Source of the DNA: Acaryochloris marina MBIC11017
GTDB lineage: Bacteria > Cyanobacteriota > Cyanobacteriia > Thermosynechococcales > Thermosynechococcaceae
Reading direction: 5' to 3'
NCBI RefSeq assembly: GCF_000018105.1
Contig: NC_009925.1
Location: 2,820,001 to 2,852,000, forward strand
Length of the DNA: 32,000 bases
This document shows, piece after piece, positions 1 through 8,892 of the stretch (the stretch's first letter is position 1; every line of letters begins with the position of its first letter). Under the pieces are notes generated by a model. The model was not told the origin of the DNA. It ran no database searches and saw only the letters and a list, made by a program, of their open reading frames with translations. Position numbers and translations under genes: made by a program.

Positions 1-590
1 CCGAGATACTCATCTATCCGAATTAGGACAGAAGAAAATAAAATCACAAAAAGAACAAAGTACCAAAATTCTTTTCGTCTTGCTCTACCACTGTAGTCCC
101 AATATTTTCTTAGAACATAGAAATACCATTTCATATCTGAACTACCAGTTTCCAGATTCATTACAGATACAAACGAATGTGATCTATTCGGCCACAGCAA
201 AATCAACTTGAAACAAAACTTCTTAGAGGTAAATCTAGTAATGAATAATAAGTCAGATTTTTATCTAACCAAAATCTAAACTACTAAATTTTGATTGGAT
301 TACTGAAGGCTATTCCAGAACTCTTTTTTGATAAATATCAAAGATAAACTATGAGTTTCAGTCTCAAGATATACATAGAAGACCAGAGATATTATTTCAT
401 TGAATTAAATATTCTATAGTTATATATTTAGAATTTGTACAAATAAAAATTATGATATTAGATGACAGACGTAAATCACATATGAAAAAATACAATAAAG
501 AAAATCATGAATCGATAGAAATTAAAAACCAACACATATTTTTATCCATGTAACAAATTTATTGGCATATTCTTAATATTAATTCTAGCG

Positions 591-1091
591 ATGGTTAATA
601 ATTTGCTGGCATGGCTTATTACAGCTATATGTACAGGTTTTTGTTTACTTTCTCAAGAGTTAGTGAAAACCACACTCTTGTCTAACAATGCTTCCGAAAC
701 TGTGCCTATAGTAACTGGTATTTTACACTTAGCATATAATTTTTCTCAAGAAGATCGATTTGGGATGAACTATTTCAAGACATTTGAAGATCTATTTTTT
801 AGATTATTCTATGTGGCTTTAATTCTTTCTTTAATAATATTTTATATTGCATTTTCTTATTTCAATAAAAATATTTCTAAAGTGTTTCAGATTGGATTTG
901 GATTGATATTATCTGGATTAATCAGCAATTTTTGTGAGTTAGTGTATTTTGATGAAGTAGCAGTATATATTAACTTTCAATTGTCCAGCATTCCTATATT
1001 CAAATTATCAGATCTATTTATTTTCTCTGGCCTAGTCACGTCAGTATCTTCTATTGCCTGGAGAATAATCCGAGGAAAAACTTCTAAATAA
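591..1091 (+). CDS. Putative polytopic membrane protein, divergent signal peptidase II (LspA)-like
   Basis: 166-aa ORF in a visibly AT-rich stretch with about 4 hydrophobic segments. By eye it aligns to the LspA C-terminal core: GLISNFCEL vs G-N-L-x-D-R, VAVYINF vs VVDxIDF, FKLSDLFIFSG vs FN(L/V)AD-x-x-I-x-x-G. The first catalytic Asp position reads Glu and the second Asp is kept. No convincing RBS. Confidence 0.5.
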   Translation: MVNNLLAWLITAICTGFCLLSQELVKTTLLSNNASETVPIVTGILHLAYNFSQEDRFGMNYFKTFEDLFFRLFYVALILSLIIFYIAFSYFNKNISKVFQIGFGLILSGLISNFCELVYFDEVAVYINFQLSSIPIFKLSDLFIFSGLVTSVSSIAWRIIRGKTSK

Positions 1092-1298
1092 TTATTGATT
1101 GCATTGAGATTCATGTTAGCTTCAATCTCATTCAGGGAGCAGTGAAAATAGTCTCATACTCTATGGAGAAATTTCCCTACAAGCATAGTGAAACTGATCG
1201 GATTTAATTCGATTACACCATTGGAGCTGGAGCTAGATGTCTTTTGGTAAAGAACGGCTTATTATGAAGGAAAGTTAAGACAGCAGCTTCCGTTTACC

Positions 1299-2201
1299 AT
1301 GACCACTCAGGTACCCACCCACCCACCGATTGAAATCAAAACTTGGATTTGGCGAGGTCATCAGATCAAATACACCGTCAAAGGCACTGGACAGCCGATG
1401 GTCTTGATTCATGGCTTTGGTGCTTGTATTGGTCACTGGCGCAAAAATATTCCAGAGCTAGCCGAAGCCGGATATCAGGTCTGGAGCTTAGATCTACTAG
1501 GGTTTGGCGACTCTGATATGCCCGCCATCGATTACTCCCTAGAAGTCTGGCAAGACCTGTTCAAAGACTTTTGGGAAGAATTTATCCAAAAGCCCGCCGT
1601 CTGGGTAGGGAACTCCATTGGCGGATTGCTGGTTTTGATGATGTTGGCCGACCATCCCCACATAGGCACCAGTGGCGTTTTGCTCAACTCTGCTGGCAGT
1701 ATGAACATTCGGCGAGAAGAGGCGATCCTGCCCCTACGAGTTGTGATGGGGCCGATGCGGATGATGATGCGCTCCAAACTGTTCGGGCCATTTTTCTTTA
1801 ATCAAGTCCGAGGCAAGCGAGCGATTCGCAACTCCCTGTTCCAGATCTATGGCAACAAAGAAGCGATTACGGATGAATTGGTAGAGATGCTGCATAATCC
1901 ATCCTGCCGGGAAGAAGCCTGCCATGTCTTTCTTTCTGTTTTGACCGGGCCTCCCGGACCTCGCCCGACCGAGTTACTGCCTCGAATTAAGCAACCTCTC
2001 CTTTTGCTGTGGGGTGAAGATGATCCTTGGGCTGCCTTACGTACAGCAAAGGTCTATCGGGATTTGAGTGCTGATCCCAATGCCGAGCCTAAAGTCACCT
2101 TTGAAATTATTGCCAAAACCGGGCATTGTCCCCATGACGAGCGTCCCGAAATCATCAATCCGATGATTATTAATTGGCTGAAAGATCTGCAGGCTGCTTA
2201 G
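1299..2201 (+). CDS. Alpha/beta-fold hydrolase
   Basis: 300 aa. Has the HGFG oxyanion motif (VLIHGFGA), the nucleophile elbow GNSIGG (G-x-S-x-G) and a C-terminal catalytic-His region GHCPHDERPE. This is the typical alpha/beta hydrolase layout. Confidence 0.9.
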   Translation: MTTQVPTHPPIEIKTWIWRGHQIKYTVKGTGQPMVLIHGFGACIGHWRKNIPELAEAGYQVWSLDLLGFGDSDMPAIDYSLEVWQDLFKDFWEEFIQKPAVWVGNSIGGLLVLMMLADHPHIGTSGVLLNSAGSMNIRREEAILPLRVVMGPMRMMMRSKLFGPFFFNQVRGKRAIRNSLFQIYGNKEAITDELVEMLHNPSCREEACHVFLSVLTGPPGPRPTELLPRIKQPLLLLWGEDDPWAALRTAKVYRDLSADPNAEPKVTFEIIAKTGHCPHDERPEIINPMIINWLKDLQAA

Positions 2202-3550
2202 AGGATCTGACCGTTACTGACAATCACGTCTTTGTACCAATACGCAGAGTCTTTGAGCGTTCGCTGTTGGGTCTCATAGTCCACGTAAATAATGCCAAAT
2301 CGCTTGTCATAACCAAAGGCCCACTCAAAGTTATCTATAATTGACCAGAGGAAATAGCCCTTGGCCTCAATGCCGTCGTCAATGGCTCGACCATAGGCTT
2401 GCAGGTATCGAGTTAGGAAATCGATGCGCTGGGGATCATGGACTTGGCCATCTCGATGAACCCAGTCACAGTTCGCCATGCCATTTTCTGTAATCACAAT
2501 GGGCAGCTGATATCGTTCATAGATAAACCGAGGTCCCCAATAGAGGGCCTCTGGAATGACGGGCCAATCCATGGTGGTTCGGGGTCCGCCGGGTGGATGA
2601 GGGATAGTGGTTACACAGCCATCTGACTCCGCTCGAACCGTCTGACCTTGGTAAATATTCAAACCATAGAAATCTAGAGGTTGGCAAATCGTCTCCAGAT
2701 CACCGGGTTGAATGTTGGGCATAATCTGATGAAACCGAGCCATGCCATCTTCGGGATAATGCCCCAGGATCAACGGATCGGCGAACCAAGTATTGTTCCA
2801 ACAGTGCTTACCGCTGACGGCCAAGGTACTAGATCGGGCTGCCGCAATATCGTCAGGATGATCGGTGGCGGGTATAGAGACAATCCCTACTAACGCCGTG
2901 CCAATTTGGGGTGGACGTTTGGCCTGAGCGCGAATCACTTGGACGGCTTTACCATGGGCCAGCAAGGAATGATGAATGGCGGTCAGGACTTCACTAAAAC
3001 TCAGCTTTAGACCAGGGGCATGGTCTCCCGATTGGTGACCCAAGCCAATAAAACATTGGGGTTCATTATGGGGCATCCAGTGGGTAACGCGGTCCGACAG
3101 CCGATCCACCACCACTTGGGTATATTCTGCAAACCAATCCGCACTGTCCCGATTCAGCCAGCCACCCTGTTCAAATAAGGCTTGGGGATAGTCCCAATGA
3201 AACAGCGTTACCCAGGGTTCGATATGGTGTTCGAGGAGTGTATCAATGATGCGATCGCAATACTCCAATCCCTTCTCATTCACCTGCCCAATCCCATCCG
3301 GCAAAATGCGCGGCCATGGCAAAGACAGTCGATAGGCCTGCAGGCCAATATCTGCCATTAGCTGAATATCTTCTGCACATCGATGGTAATGATCACAGGC
3401 AACCTCTCCCGTATGTCCCCCAGCCACTTTATGGGGTTGGCGACACATCACATCCCACACCGAGAGGCCCTTGCCATCGGCCTCAGCGCCTCCCTCAATT
3501 TGATAACTTGCAGCCGCAGCCCCCCAGACAAACCGATCAGGAAATGGCAT
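2198..3550 (-). CDS. Glycoside hydrolase family 1 beta-glucosidase
   Basis: 450 aa. Has the N-terminal GH1 signature FVWGAAAASYQIEGG, the acid/base NEP motif (MPHNEPQC), the nucleophile motif ITENG (VITENGMA), and C-terminal WSIIDNFEW. Confidence 0.95.
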   Translation of the reverse strand: MPFPDRFVWGAAAASYQIEGGAEADGKGLSVWDVMCRQPHKVAGGHTGEVACDHYHRCAEDIQLMADIGLQAYRLSLPWPRILPDGIGQVNEKGLEYCDRIIDTLLEHHIEPWVTLFHWDYPQALFEQGGWLNRDSADWFAEYTQVVVDRLSDRVTHWMPHNEPQCFIGLGHQSGDHAPGLKLSFSEVLTAIHHSLLAHGKAVQVIRAQAKRPPQIGTALVGIVSIPATDHPDDIAAARSSTLAVSGKHCWNNTWFADPLILGHYPEDGMARFHQIMPNIQPGDLETICQPLDFYGLNIYQGQTVRAESDGCVTTIPHPPGGPRTTMDWPVIPEALYWGPRFIYERYQLPIVITENGMANCDWVHRDGQVHDPQRIDFLTRYLQAYGRAIDDGIEAKGYFLWSIIDNFEWAFGYDKRFGIIYVDYETQQRTLKDSAYWYKDVIVSNGQIL

Positions 3551-3751
3551 CTTTATCGCTTCCTATTGCAACGGACCAGATTCAGCATAGACCACTCTTG
3601 TTTGCGGTATGTTGCAGCCCCACGGCCAGAGCGATCCCGTAAAATCCTTTACCCTGAAAGCATTAGAGGCATCTTTGTGATTAGCTTCAGGTGATTTCTG
3701 TGAGATGTGTCACTGAGTAACCCCAATGGAACTGGCATTGTCTAGACATAG

Positions 3752-4738
3752 ATGTTCTGGGGAATACCCAAGATGGTTAGCACTTGTATCGCACCAACAC
3801 CAACTTTACTCAATAATCGCTATCAGATTGTTCGCATCCTTGAGGACGGACCCTGGAGCATTGCCTGGTTGGCTGAGGATACACAGCTTCCTTCTCGTCG
3901 GCAATGCGTTATTCGCCAGGTCAAGCCCCTGACCGCCGATGCAGACATTCAAAAACAGCTTTGCGATCGCATTCAAGCAGAAATCGAAATCTGGCAAAAG
4001 CTAGGCGGCATCCATGACCAAATTCCTTGGTTATCCAGTTTTGCCGATAGCACTGGCCAAGTCTATCTCATGGAAGAATGGGTACCAGGCCTCACTCTCA
4101 CCCAAACCGTGCAAGAACAAGGCGCATTAGACGAAGCGACTGTTCAACAGATCATGACCAAGCTTCTGTCTTTGGTCGATTATCTACACCAAAATCAAAT
4201 CGTCCACTGTACCTTGGAACCCAACAATATTATGTTGCGACAAGACGACAATAAGCCTGTCCTTCAGTATGGCGGCATGTTAAATCAGGTCATTGCCAAC
4301 ACATTTCTGGACAACAACATTCGGCCCACCCCTTGGATATCCACATCTGGCTTCTTACCCCATGAGCAGGTCATCCTCGATCAGCACTACTACTCCAGCA
4401 ACCTTTACAGTTTGGGTCTGATCGGCATTTATTTGTTGACCGGGCAAGATCCTTACGATCTGTTTAACCTCAACACCGGGTCCTGTGATTGGAATACCCA
4501 GACCTTAGACCCAGATTCAGCCTTTGCTGCCATTTTGAACAAAGCCATTGCTCGATTCCCAGGAGAGCGCTTCCTAACCGCTCGGCAAATGATGCAGGCT
4601 TTGGCAGCACCCGGGCAATTCGTCCAACAATCCCTCTCGGTTCACTCCACGCTAGTGGAGCAAATGGGAGCCTATTTAGATTCATGCCTCCTGAGTCTAA
4701 ATCCCTCTGAGCCACCCCTTAATTCCTATTCGGGATAG
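3752..4738 (+). CDS. Hanks-type Ser/Thr protein kinase homologue with degenerate catalytic motifs (predicted pseudokinase)
   Basis: 328 aa. The scaffold matches cyanobacterial STKs (LLNNRYQIV..., AEDTQLPSRRQCVI.Q.KP, DQIP, YLMEEWVPGLTL, SGFLPHEQ, YSSNLYSLGL, FPGERF). However the Gly-loop reads EDGPWSIAW, VAIK Lys reads Arg (CVIRQ), HRDxKPxN reads HCTLEPNN, and DFG reads YGG. The start could instead be the ATG at 3773 (MVSTC...). Confidence 0.85.
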   Translation: MFWGIPKMVSTCIAPTPTLLNNRYQIVRILEDGPWSIAWLAEDTQLPSRRQCVIRQVKPLTADADIQKQLCDRIQAEIEIWQKLGGIHDQIPWLSSFADSTGQVYLMEEWVPGLTLTQTVQEQGALDEATVQQIMTKLLSLVDYLHQNQIVHCTLEPNNIMLRQDDNKPVLQYGGMLNQVIANTFLDNNIRPTPWISTSGFLPHEQVILDQHYYSSNLYSLGLIGIYLLTGQDPYDLFNLNTGSCDWNTQTLDPDSAFAAILNKAIARFPGERFLTARQMMQALAAPGQFVQQSLSVHSTLVEQMGAYLDSCLLSLNPSEPPLNSYSG

Positions 4739-4816
4739 TCAAGTCTCTCCTCCGAACATCTTAAGTTTGCTTTGGGTGATACCCATCACGTTAACAGCGT
4801 GATAGCTCTCAGTCGT

Positions 4817-4847
4817 GGTCAGTGATGATTCTCATCGCTGACCTTTT
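4817..4847 (+). terminator. Rho-independent terminator downstream of the pseudokinase gene
   Basis: 11-bp stem GGTCAGTGATG / CATCGCTGACC (one G-U pair), 5-nt loop ATTCT, followed directly by TTTT (4844-4847). Confidence 0.7.
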
Positions 4848-4950
4848 GTATATCTGGGATTCTAAACATATCCCCCAAGAGGAAGAGCCAAGGGTTTGCG
4901 ACTAGGGTTCACTTCCCAAATGAGGGTATTGATGACTGAGAGAAAATGAA

Positions 4951-5484
4951 ATGGTTAGCAATTTCCTAAACAAAAACACTCACGCCTCTAAAATCGCTTG
5001 GCAACTCCAACAAAGCGGCGAAGCCCTGAGATCAACATGGGTGAACTCAGCCCAACCAGTGCCAGCAGCCTCCCCCAACCGCAATCAGGCCAAAGTTGCA
5101 CCGGATGTTCGTTCTTCACTCTTCCAAACCTTAAGCACCCCTGCCGATATGCCTTCTTTAGGAGAGCTGATCGCCCTTTCTTGCCACCGTCTAGTCTCCT
5201 ATATTCAGCTGTCTCGCTTTCTGCCCATCTATGTTAAGCAAGCTTGGATTCGGCAAATTAGAGTGATTGATTTACACCGCTGGCAAGCCGGATTAGCCAT
5301 TGTCGAAGAACTGTATTTCGATCACCGCTGTGCCCAGACCGACTACCGTCCTGGCCATGACATCTTTGGTGACAACCTCAACCAAGACCAGGATTTCAAC
5401 GCCGAGATGACTTGCATTGAGCACGAACTCAACACGATTGAAATGATCCTTAAATATGCTGAAGCTTCGGCTGAGGATCTCTAG
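4951..5484 (+). CDS. Hypothetical protein (no recognisable domain)
   Basis: 177-aa ORF with host-like composition. It is the longest ORF in this interval and has no competing long ORF. I recognised no motif. Confidence 0.55.
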   Translation: MVSNFLNKNTHASKIAWQLQQSGEALRSTWVNSAQPVPAASPNRNQAKVAPDVRSSLFQTLSTPADMPSLGELIALSCHRLVSYIQLSRFLPIYVKQAWIRQIRVIDLHRWQAGLAIVEELYFDHRCAQTDYRPGHDIFGDNLNQDQDFNAEMTCIEHELNTIEMILKYAEASAEDL

Positions 5485-5526
5485 CACTTCAATGACTACA
5501 AATGGACTCTACACATCGAGATAGCT

Positions 5527-5808
5527 GTGACAAAAAAGCCCACCGATTGGTATGAATTCCTCTTTTTATTCAGTCTAGCAATAGTGTTCGGAGCGGTTGC
5601 CTTGCCGACCATGGGTGGTATCTGGACCTTACCTGGGTGGCTAATCCTGATGCTGACTCCAGTTGGTTGGGTCCTCTACATTGCCATAGACGCAACATTG
5701 ACGAACCTATACCAGAAGAAAGGGGCCGTCCTCCCTTTCACTGTATTTGTTTTGGGTAGCATCATCGGTGCCATGATACTGAGATGGCTCCAGTTGCTAT
5801 TGAGCTAG
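5527..5808 (+). CDS. Small hypothetical membrane protein (about 3 TM segments), GTG start
   Basis: 93-aa ORF starting at GTG, 43 nt after the preceding ORF. It has three clear hydrophobic helices (FLFLFSLAIVFGAVALP, WLILMLTPVGWVLYIAI, FTVFVLGSIIGAMIL). Confidence 0.5.
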   Translation: MTKKPTDWYEFLFLFSLAIVFGAVALPTMGGIWTLPGWLILMLTPVGWVLYIAIDATLTNLYQKKGAVLPFTVFVLGSIIGAMILRWLQLLLS

Positions 5809-6280
5809 AAGATTGATTGGGTTGAAATTCTTGCTCAACAGTCATCTCTGCCCTGTATGAGCCACCATAACGAAAAAGTACAGCCTTAGACTCCAGCCCT
5901 CTCCATAAACTGCACTAGCCCCCAGCCATCAACCGCTTGCTGCAAGTTGGATCGGTTAATTCTGATCCAAGGTTCACACAACACCCAAATCACCCTTCTT
6001 CCTAGCCAATTCAACCACACTCCTATTAGCAGCTCACAGCTCTACTGATATGGGCTATATATTCGCTTTAGATTTTACAGGAAAAAATATAAGCAAGATA
6101 TAAGACACCAAGCTGTCTATTATGATTATTTTTGGGGAATTATAGTCAAACAACCGAATTATTGTCTAAAATTGCGATTATTTTCTACACTAACGCTGAC
6201 AATGATTCATTAACAACATCCGGCAATTATGACTGTACCCCATGCAATATCTCTCTATTAAGGGACTAGGGAGCTAGTGA

Positions 6281-8410
6281 ATGCGAGCCGTAGCCAACTA
6301 CCTACGATCGCGACCAACTGACTATAGAGTTATTTGTAGTAAATATTTTCTAGTATTCCTTACGTTAGGGTTCATTGCCTACGATTTCACGCAAATTGTC
6401 CCCAAGATTGGATCCCTATCTCGCACCGTTTTACCCGCTTTACCGATCTGTTCTTCACTGTTGATTTTAGGGGCCTTAAGAATTTTTCTACCCCAACGTC
6501 CACCTAAATGGATTCAAGGGCTCTTAGTTTTTGTCTTGTTTTTTGTGCAAGCCAGGTACCTTCTATGGCGAGCAACTCATACTCTTGTTTTGAAGGGGCC
6601 AGAAGCTGTTTTGTGCATTGGCCTCTTTGCTTATGAGCTACTCAGCATTCTGAATAGCTGGACGAATAATACTTTAATCTTACGGTCACCCAACCGCAGT
6701 AGTGAAGCCGATCAATATAGTCAGTGGGTGCAAAAAACCTTTAAGCCCAGCGTCGATATTTTAATCCCCACTTATAACGAATCTTCCAAAATGTTGGAGC
6801 GCACGCTGATTGGTTGTAAATCTCTGAAATATCCTAAACAACAGAAGCACATTTGGTTATTGGATGATGGCCAGCGGCCCGATATCCAAGCCCTCGCTCA
6901 AAAATGGGATTGCAATTATCTCACTCGGCCGATTAACGACCATGCTAAGGCAGGCAACCTCAATCATGCGTTACAGCATGTCAATAGTGACATTGTGGTT
7001 GTTTTTGATGCTGACTTTGTCCCCCTCAATCACTTTTTAGAACGAACCATTGGATTTTTCAAAGCAGACGATAATTTGTCTATGGTCGTCACCCCCCAAA
7101 AGTTCTACAATCCAGACCCGCCTCAAAAGAATCTAGGCGGGCAGTTTATTACGGATGAACAAACTGATTTTTACCAAGTGATTCAGCCTGCACGTGATTC
7201 TGTCAACGCCGTGGTTTGTTCAGGTAGTTCCGTGCTGTATCGACGTCAACATTTAGATGCCATTGGCGGTATTCCTCTGGATACCATTGTTGAGGACTAT
7301 GCAACAGGCATTTTAATGCAGGCTCAGGGCTATAAAACCGTCTATTTAAACGAACTACTGAGTGTCGGGTGTGCCGCCAACAATATTAATGAATATCTCA
7401 AACAACGGATGCGTTGGGCTGAAGGCACGTTAAGGATGGTGATTAGCCAACATAATCCGCTGAGGTTGCCTGGTCTCACCTTTATGCAGCGGTTTACCTA
7501 TGCCTCTGGCACATTATATTGGCTAGAAGAGATGCTGAAGACTTTAAGCTTTTTGGCTCCCCTGTTCTACCTGTTCTTTGGGTTCAAAAGCATTGACATC
7601 ACCTTAGGGGAAGCCAGTACCTACACCTTCTATAACTATTCCCTGTCTATTATTGTGATGAGCTGGATGCGAGGCAGCGTCTTGTTATTGATTATCTATA
7701 ACCTATTACAAGGGTTTCATATTTTCAAAGTGATATTGAAAATATTTTTATATTCTCAAATCTCTGATCCCTTCCACGTCACCAATAAACAATTAGATGG
7801 TTTTGGCATCAGGTTCAATTTTCATAGCTTGGCACATCTTTTTGTCCTCTTCGGACTAACGCTCTTAGCAATGATAACTGGCTTATTCCACCACACAGGC
7901 GATGACCTGTACATTATCAATCTTATTTGGGCCCAAGTGAATCTAATCTTTTTGGCAACAGCGCTAATTGCTGGCGTCAGTGCCGATCATGATCGGGGAC
8001 ATCCTCGCGTCTTTTCGGATGAAGTTTGCCAGGTCACCCCTCCAACCGGACAGAGCATGATGGGGCAATTTATAGATATTTCGGAAGCAGGCTGTCGCTT
8101 TAAGACCAACCACCCGACTGCCCTAAACCTTTTTGAAACAGTTGAATTAGCCGTTCCCCGGACGAGCCTACGCATGATGGCTGAGATCCGTAACCAACAA
8201 AAAAACGGCATGGTATACGGCTGCATGTTTAAAGAGGTCGATGCAGTCACCCTCTGGAAAATTGTTAACTTTACCTATTGCAGTCCCCAGAACTGGAAAC
8301 TACCTCGACTTCCGACTGAGTGGGATACGATCCGTGCGATCGCATCTGGCTTATATGGCCTTTATCCTTTTCGCAATCTTAAGCAATCCTGTAAAGTCAA
8401 GCCACGCTAA
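6281..8410 (+). CDS. bcsA: Cellulose synthase-like processive GT2 (BcsA family) with C-terminal PilZ c-di-GMP-binding domain
   Basis: 709 aa. BcsA-type motifs are present: ILIPTYNES, LLDDG, HAKAGNLNHAL, VFDADFVP, VVCSGSSVLYRR, TIVEDYATG (TED-like), QRMRWAEG (QxxRW). There are multiple TM helices on both sides of the GT domain. PilZ motifs are RGHPR (RxxxR, 7994-8008) and DISEAG (DxSxxG, 8075-8092). Confidence 0.9.
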   Translation: MRAVANYLRSRPTDYRVICSKYFLVFLTLGFIAYDFTQIVPKIGSLSRTVLPALPICSSLLILGALRIFLPQRPPKWIQGLLVFVLFFVQARYLLWRATHTLVLKGPEAVLCIGLFAYELLSILNSWTNNTLILRSPNRSSEADQYSQWVQKTFKPSVDILIPTYNESSKMLERTLIGCKSLKYPKQQKHIWLLDDGQRPDIQALAQKWDCNYLTRPINDHAKAGNLNHALQHVNSDIVVVFDADFVPLNHFLERTIGFFKADDNLSMVVTPQKFYNPDPPQKNLGGQFITDEQTDFYQVIQPARDSVNAVVCSGSSVLYRRQHLDAIGGIPLDTIVEDYATGILMQAQGYKTVYLNELLSVGCAANNINEYLKQRMRWAEGTLRMVISQHNPLRLPGLTFMQRFTYASGTLYWLEEMLKTLSFLAPLFYLFFGFKSIDITLGEASTYTFYNYSLSIIVMSWMRGSVLLLIIYNLLQGFHIFKVILKIFLYSQISDPFHVTNKQLDGFGIRFNFHSLAHLFVLFGLTLLAMITGLFHHTGDDLYIINLIWAQVNLIFLATALIAGVSADHDRGHPRVFSDEVCQVTPPTGQSMMGQFIDISEAGCRFKTNHPTALNLFETVELAVPRTSLRMMAEIRNQQKNGMVYGCMFKEVDAVTLWKIVNFTYCSPQNWKLPRLPTEWDTIRAIASGLYGLYPFRNLKQSCKVKPR

Positions 8411-8892
8411 AAGTCATCACTACAGTTAACGATTCAACAGTCCTGACCCATAAAATTAAATACACCTAAACCGTCATTCTGGAGCGACACCTGTGTACTA
8501 TTGAGATCGGACGGATCAATTACGATCTAAGTGTTTCCCCTGATTTGCTTGAGACACATCATGAATTATGCTTGTGCCTAGGTAAGCAGGAGTCTTGTTC
8601 TTACTTCGTTTAAGATAAAGATTGCACCTAAAAAAGGTAGATTTAGACTATTTGAATAACTCACGTTGTCTATAGATCTAGTCCAATCAAGGTAAAGATA
8701 CTCTTGATCAATTTCCTGGTACCCATTTTAGTTTTGGCCCGCTCAACTCAGAGCCCAAGATAATGGCACCTTGTTGATTTAAAGCGAAATTCTCGTAAAA
8801 ATACGGAGTATTCAAAGTTAGCTAGAGCGTCTTAACAGGGAATCCTTGAATGAAGAGCTGTGGGTCTCATGGAGGTAAAAGGGAAGAGAGAC

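Noticed and set aside
1092-1140. Short hairpin after the LspA-like ORF (TGAGATT ... AATCTCA, with a 12-nt loop)
   Set aside because: The stem is only 7 bp, lies in AT-rich sequence and has no U-tract. It cannot be distinguished from chance.
1532-1925. ORFs 1532-1777(-), 1571-1801(+) and 1734-1925(-) within the hydrolase gene
   Set aside because: These are short shadow ORFs fully embedded in a strongly supported alpha/beta hydrolase frame.
2438-3694. Plus-strand ORFs 2438-2626, 2681-2893, 3316-3642 and 3383-3694, antisense to the GH1 gene
   Set aside because: They are antisense shadows of a high-confidence gene with Pro/Arg/His-rich nonsense-like translations. Only the last extends ~140 nt into the divergent promoter region, and it has no supporting features.
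3726-4715. ORFs 3726-3932(+), 3806-3997(-), 4470-4715(-) and 4489-4710(+) overlapping the pseudokinase gene
   Set aside because: They are embedded in or overlap the 328-aa frame, which carries clear kinase-fold homology. I saw no independent signal for any of them.
7987-8429. ORFs 7987-8250(-) and 8241-8429(+) at the 3' end of the cellulose synthase gene
   Set aside because: They overlap the PilZ-coding region, whose motifs are intact in the main frame, so they are shadow ORFs.
5809-8859. Search for tRNA, riboswitch or small-RNA genes in the long intergenic regions 5809-6280 and 8411-8859 (also 27749-28455 and 31154-31415)
   Set aside because: I could not recognise a cloverleaf, a T-loop GTTCGAATC-type motif or a known riboswitch core by eye. 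Covariance-model scans would be needed, so no feature is claimed.
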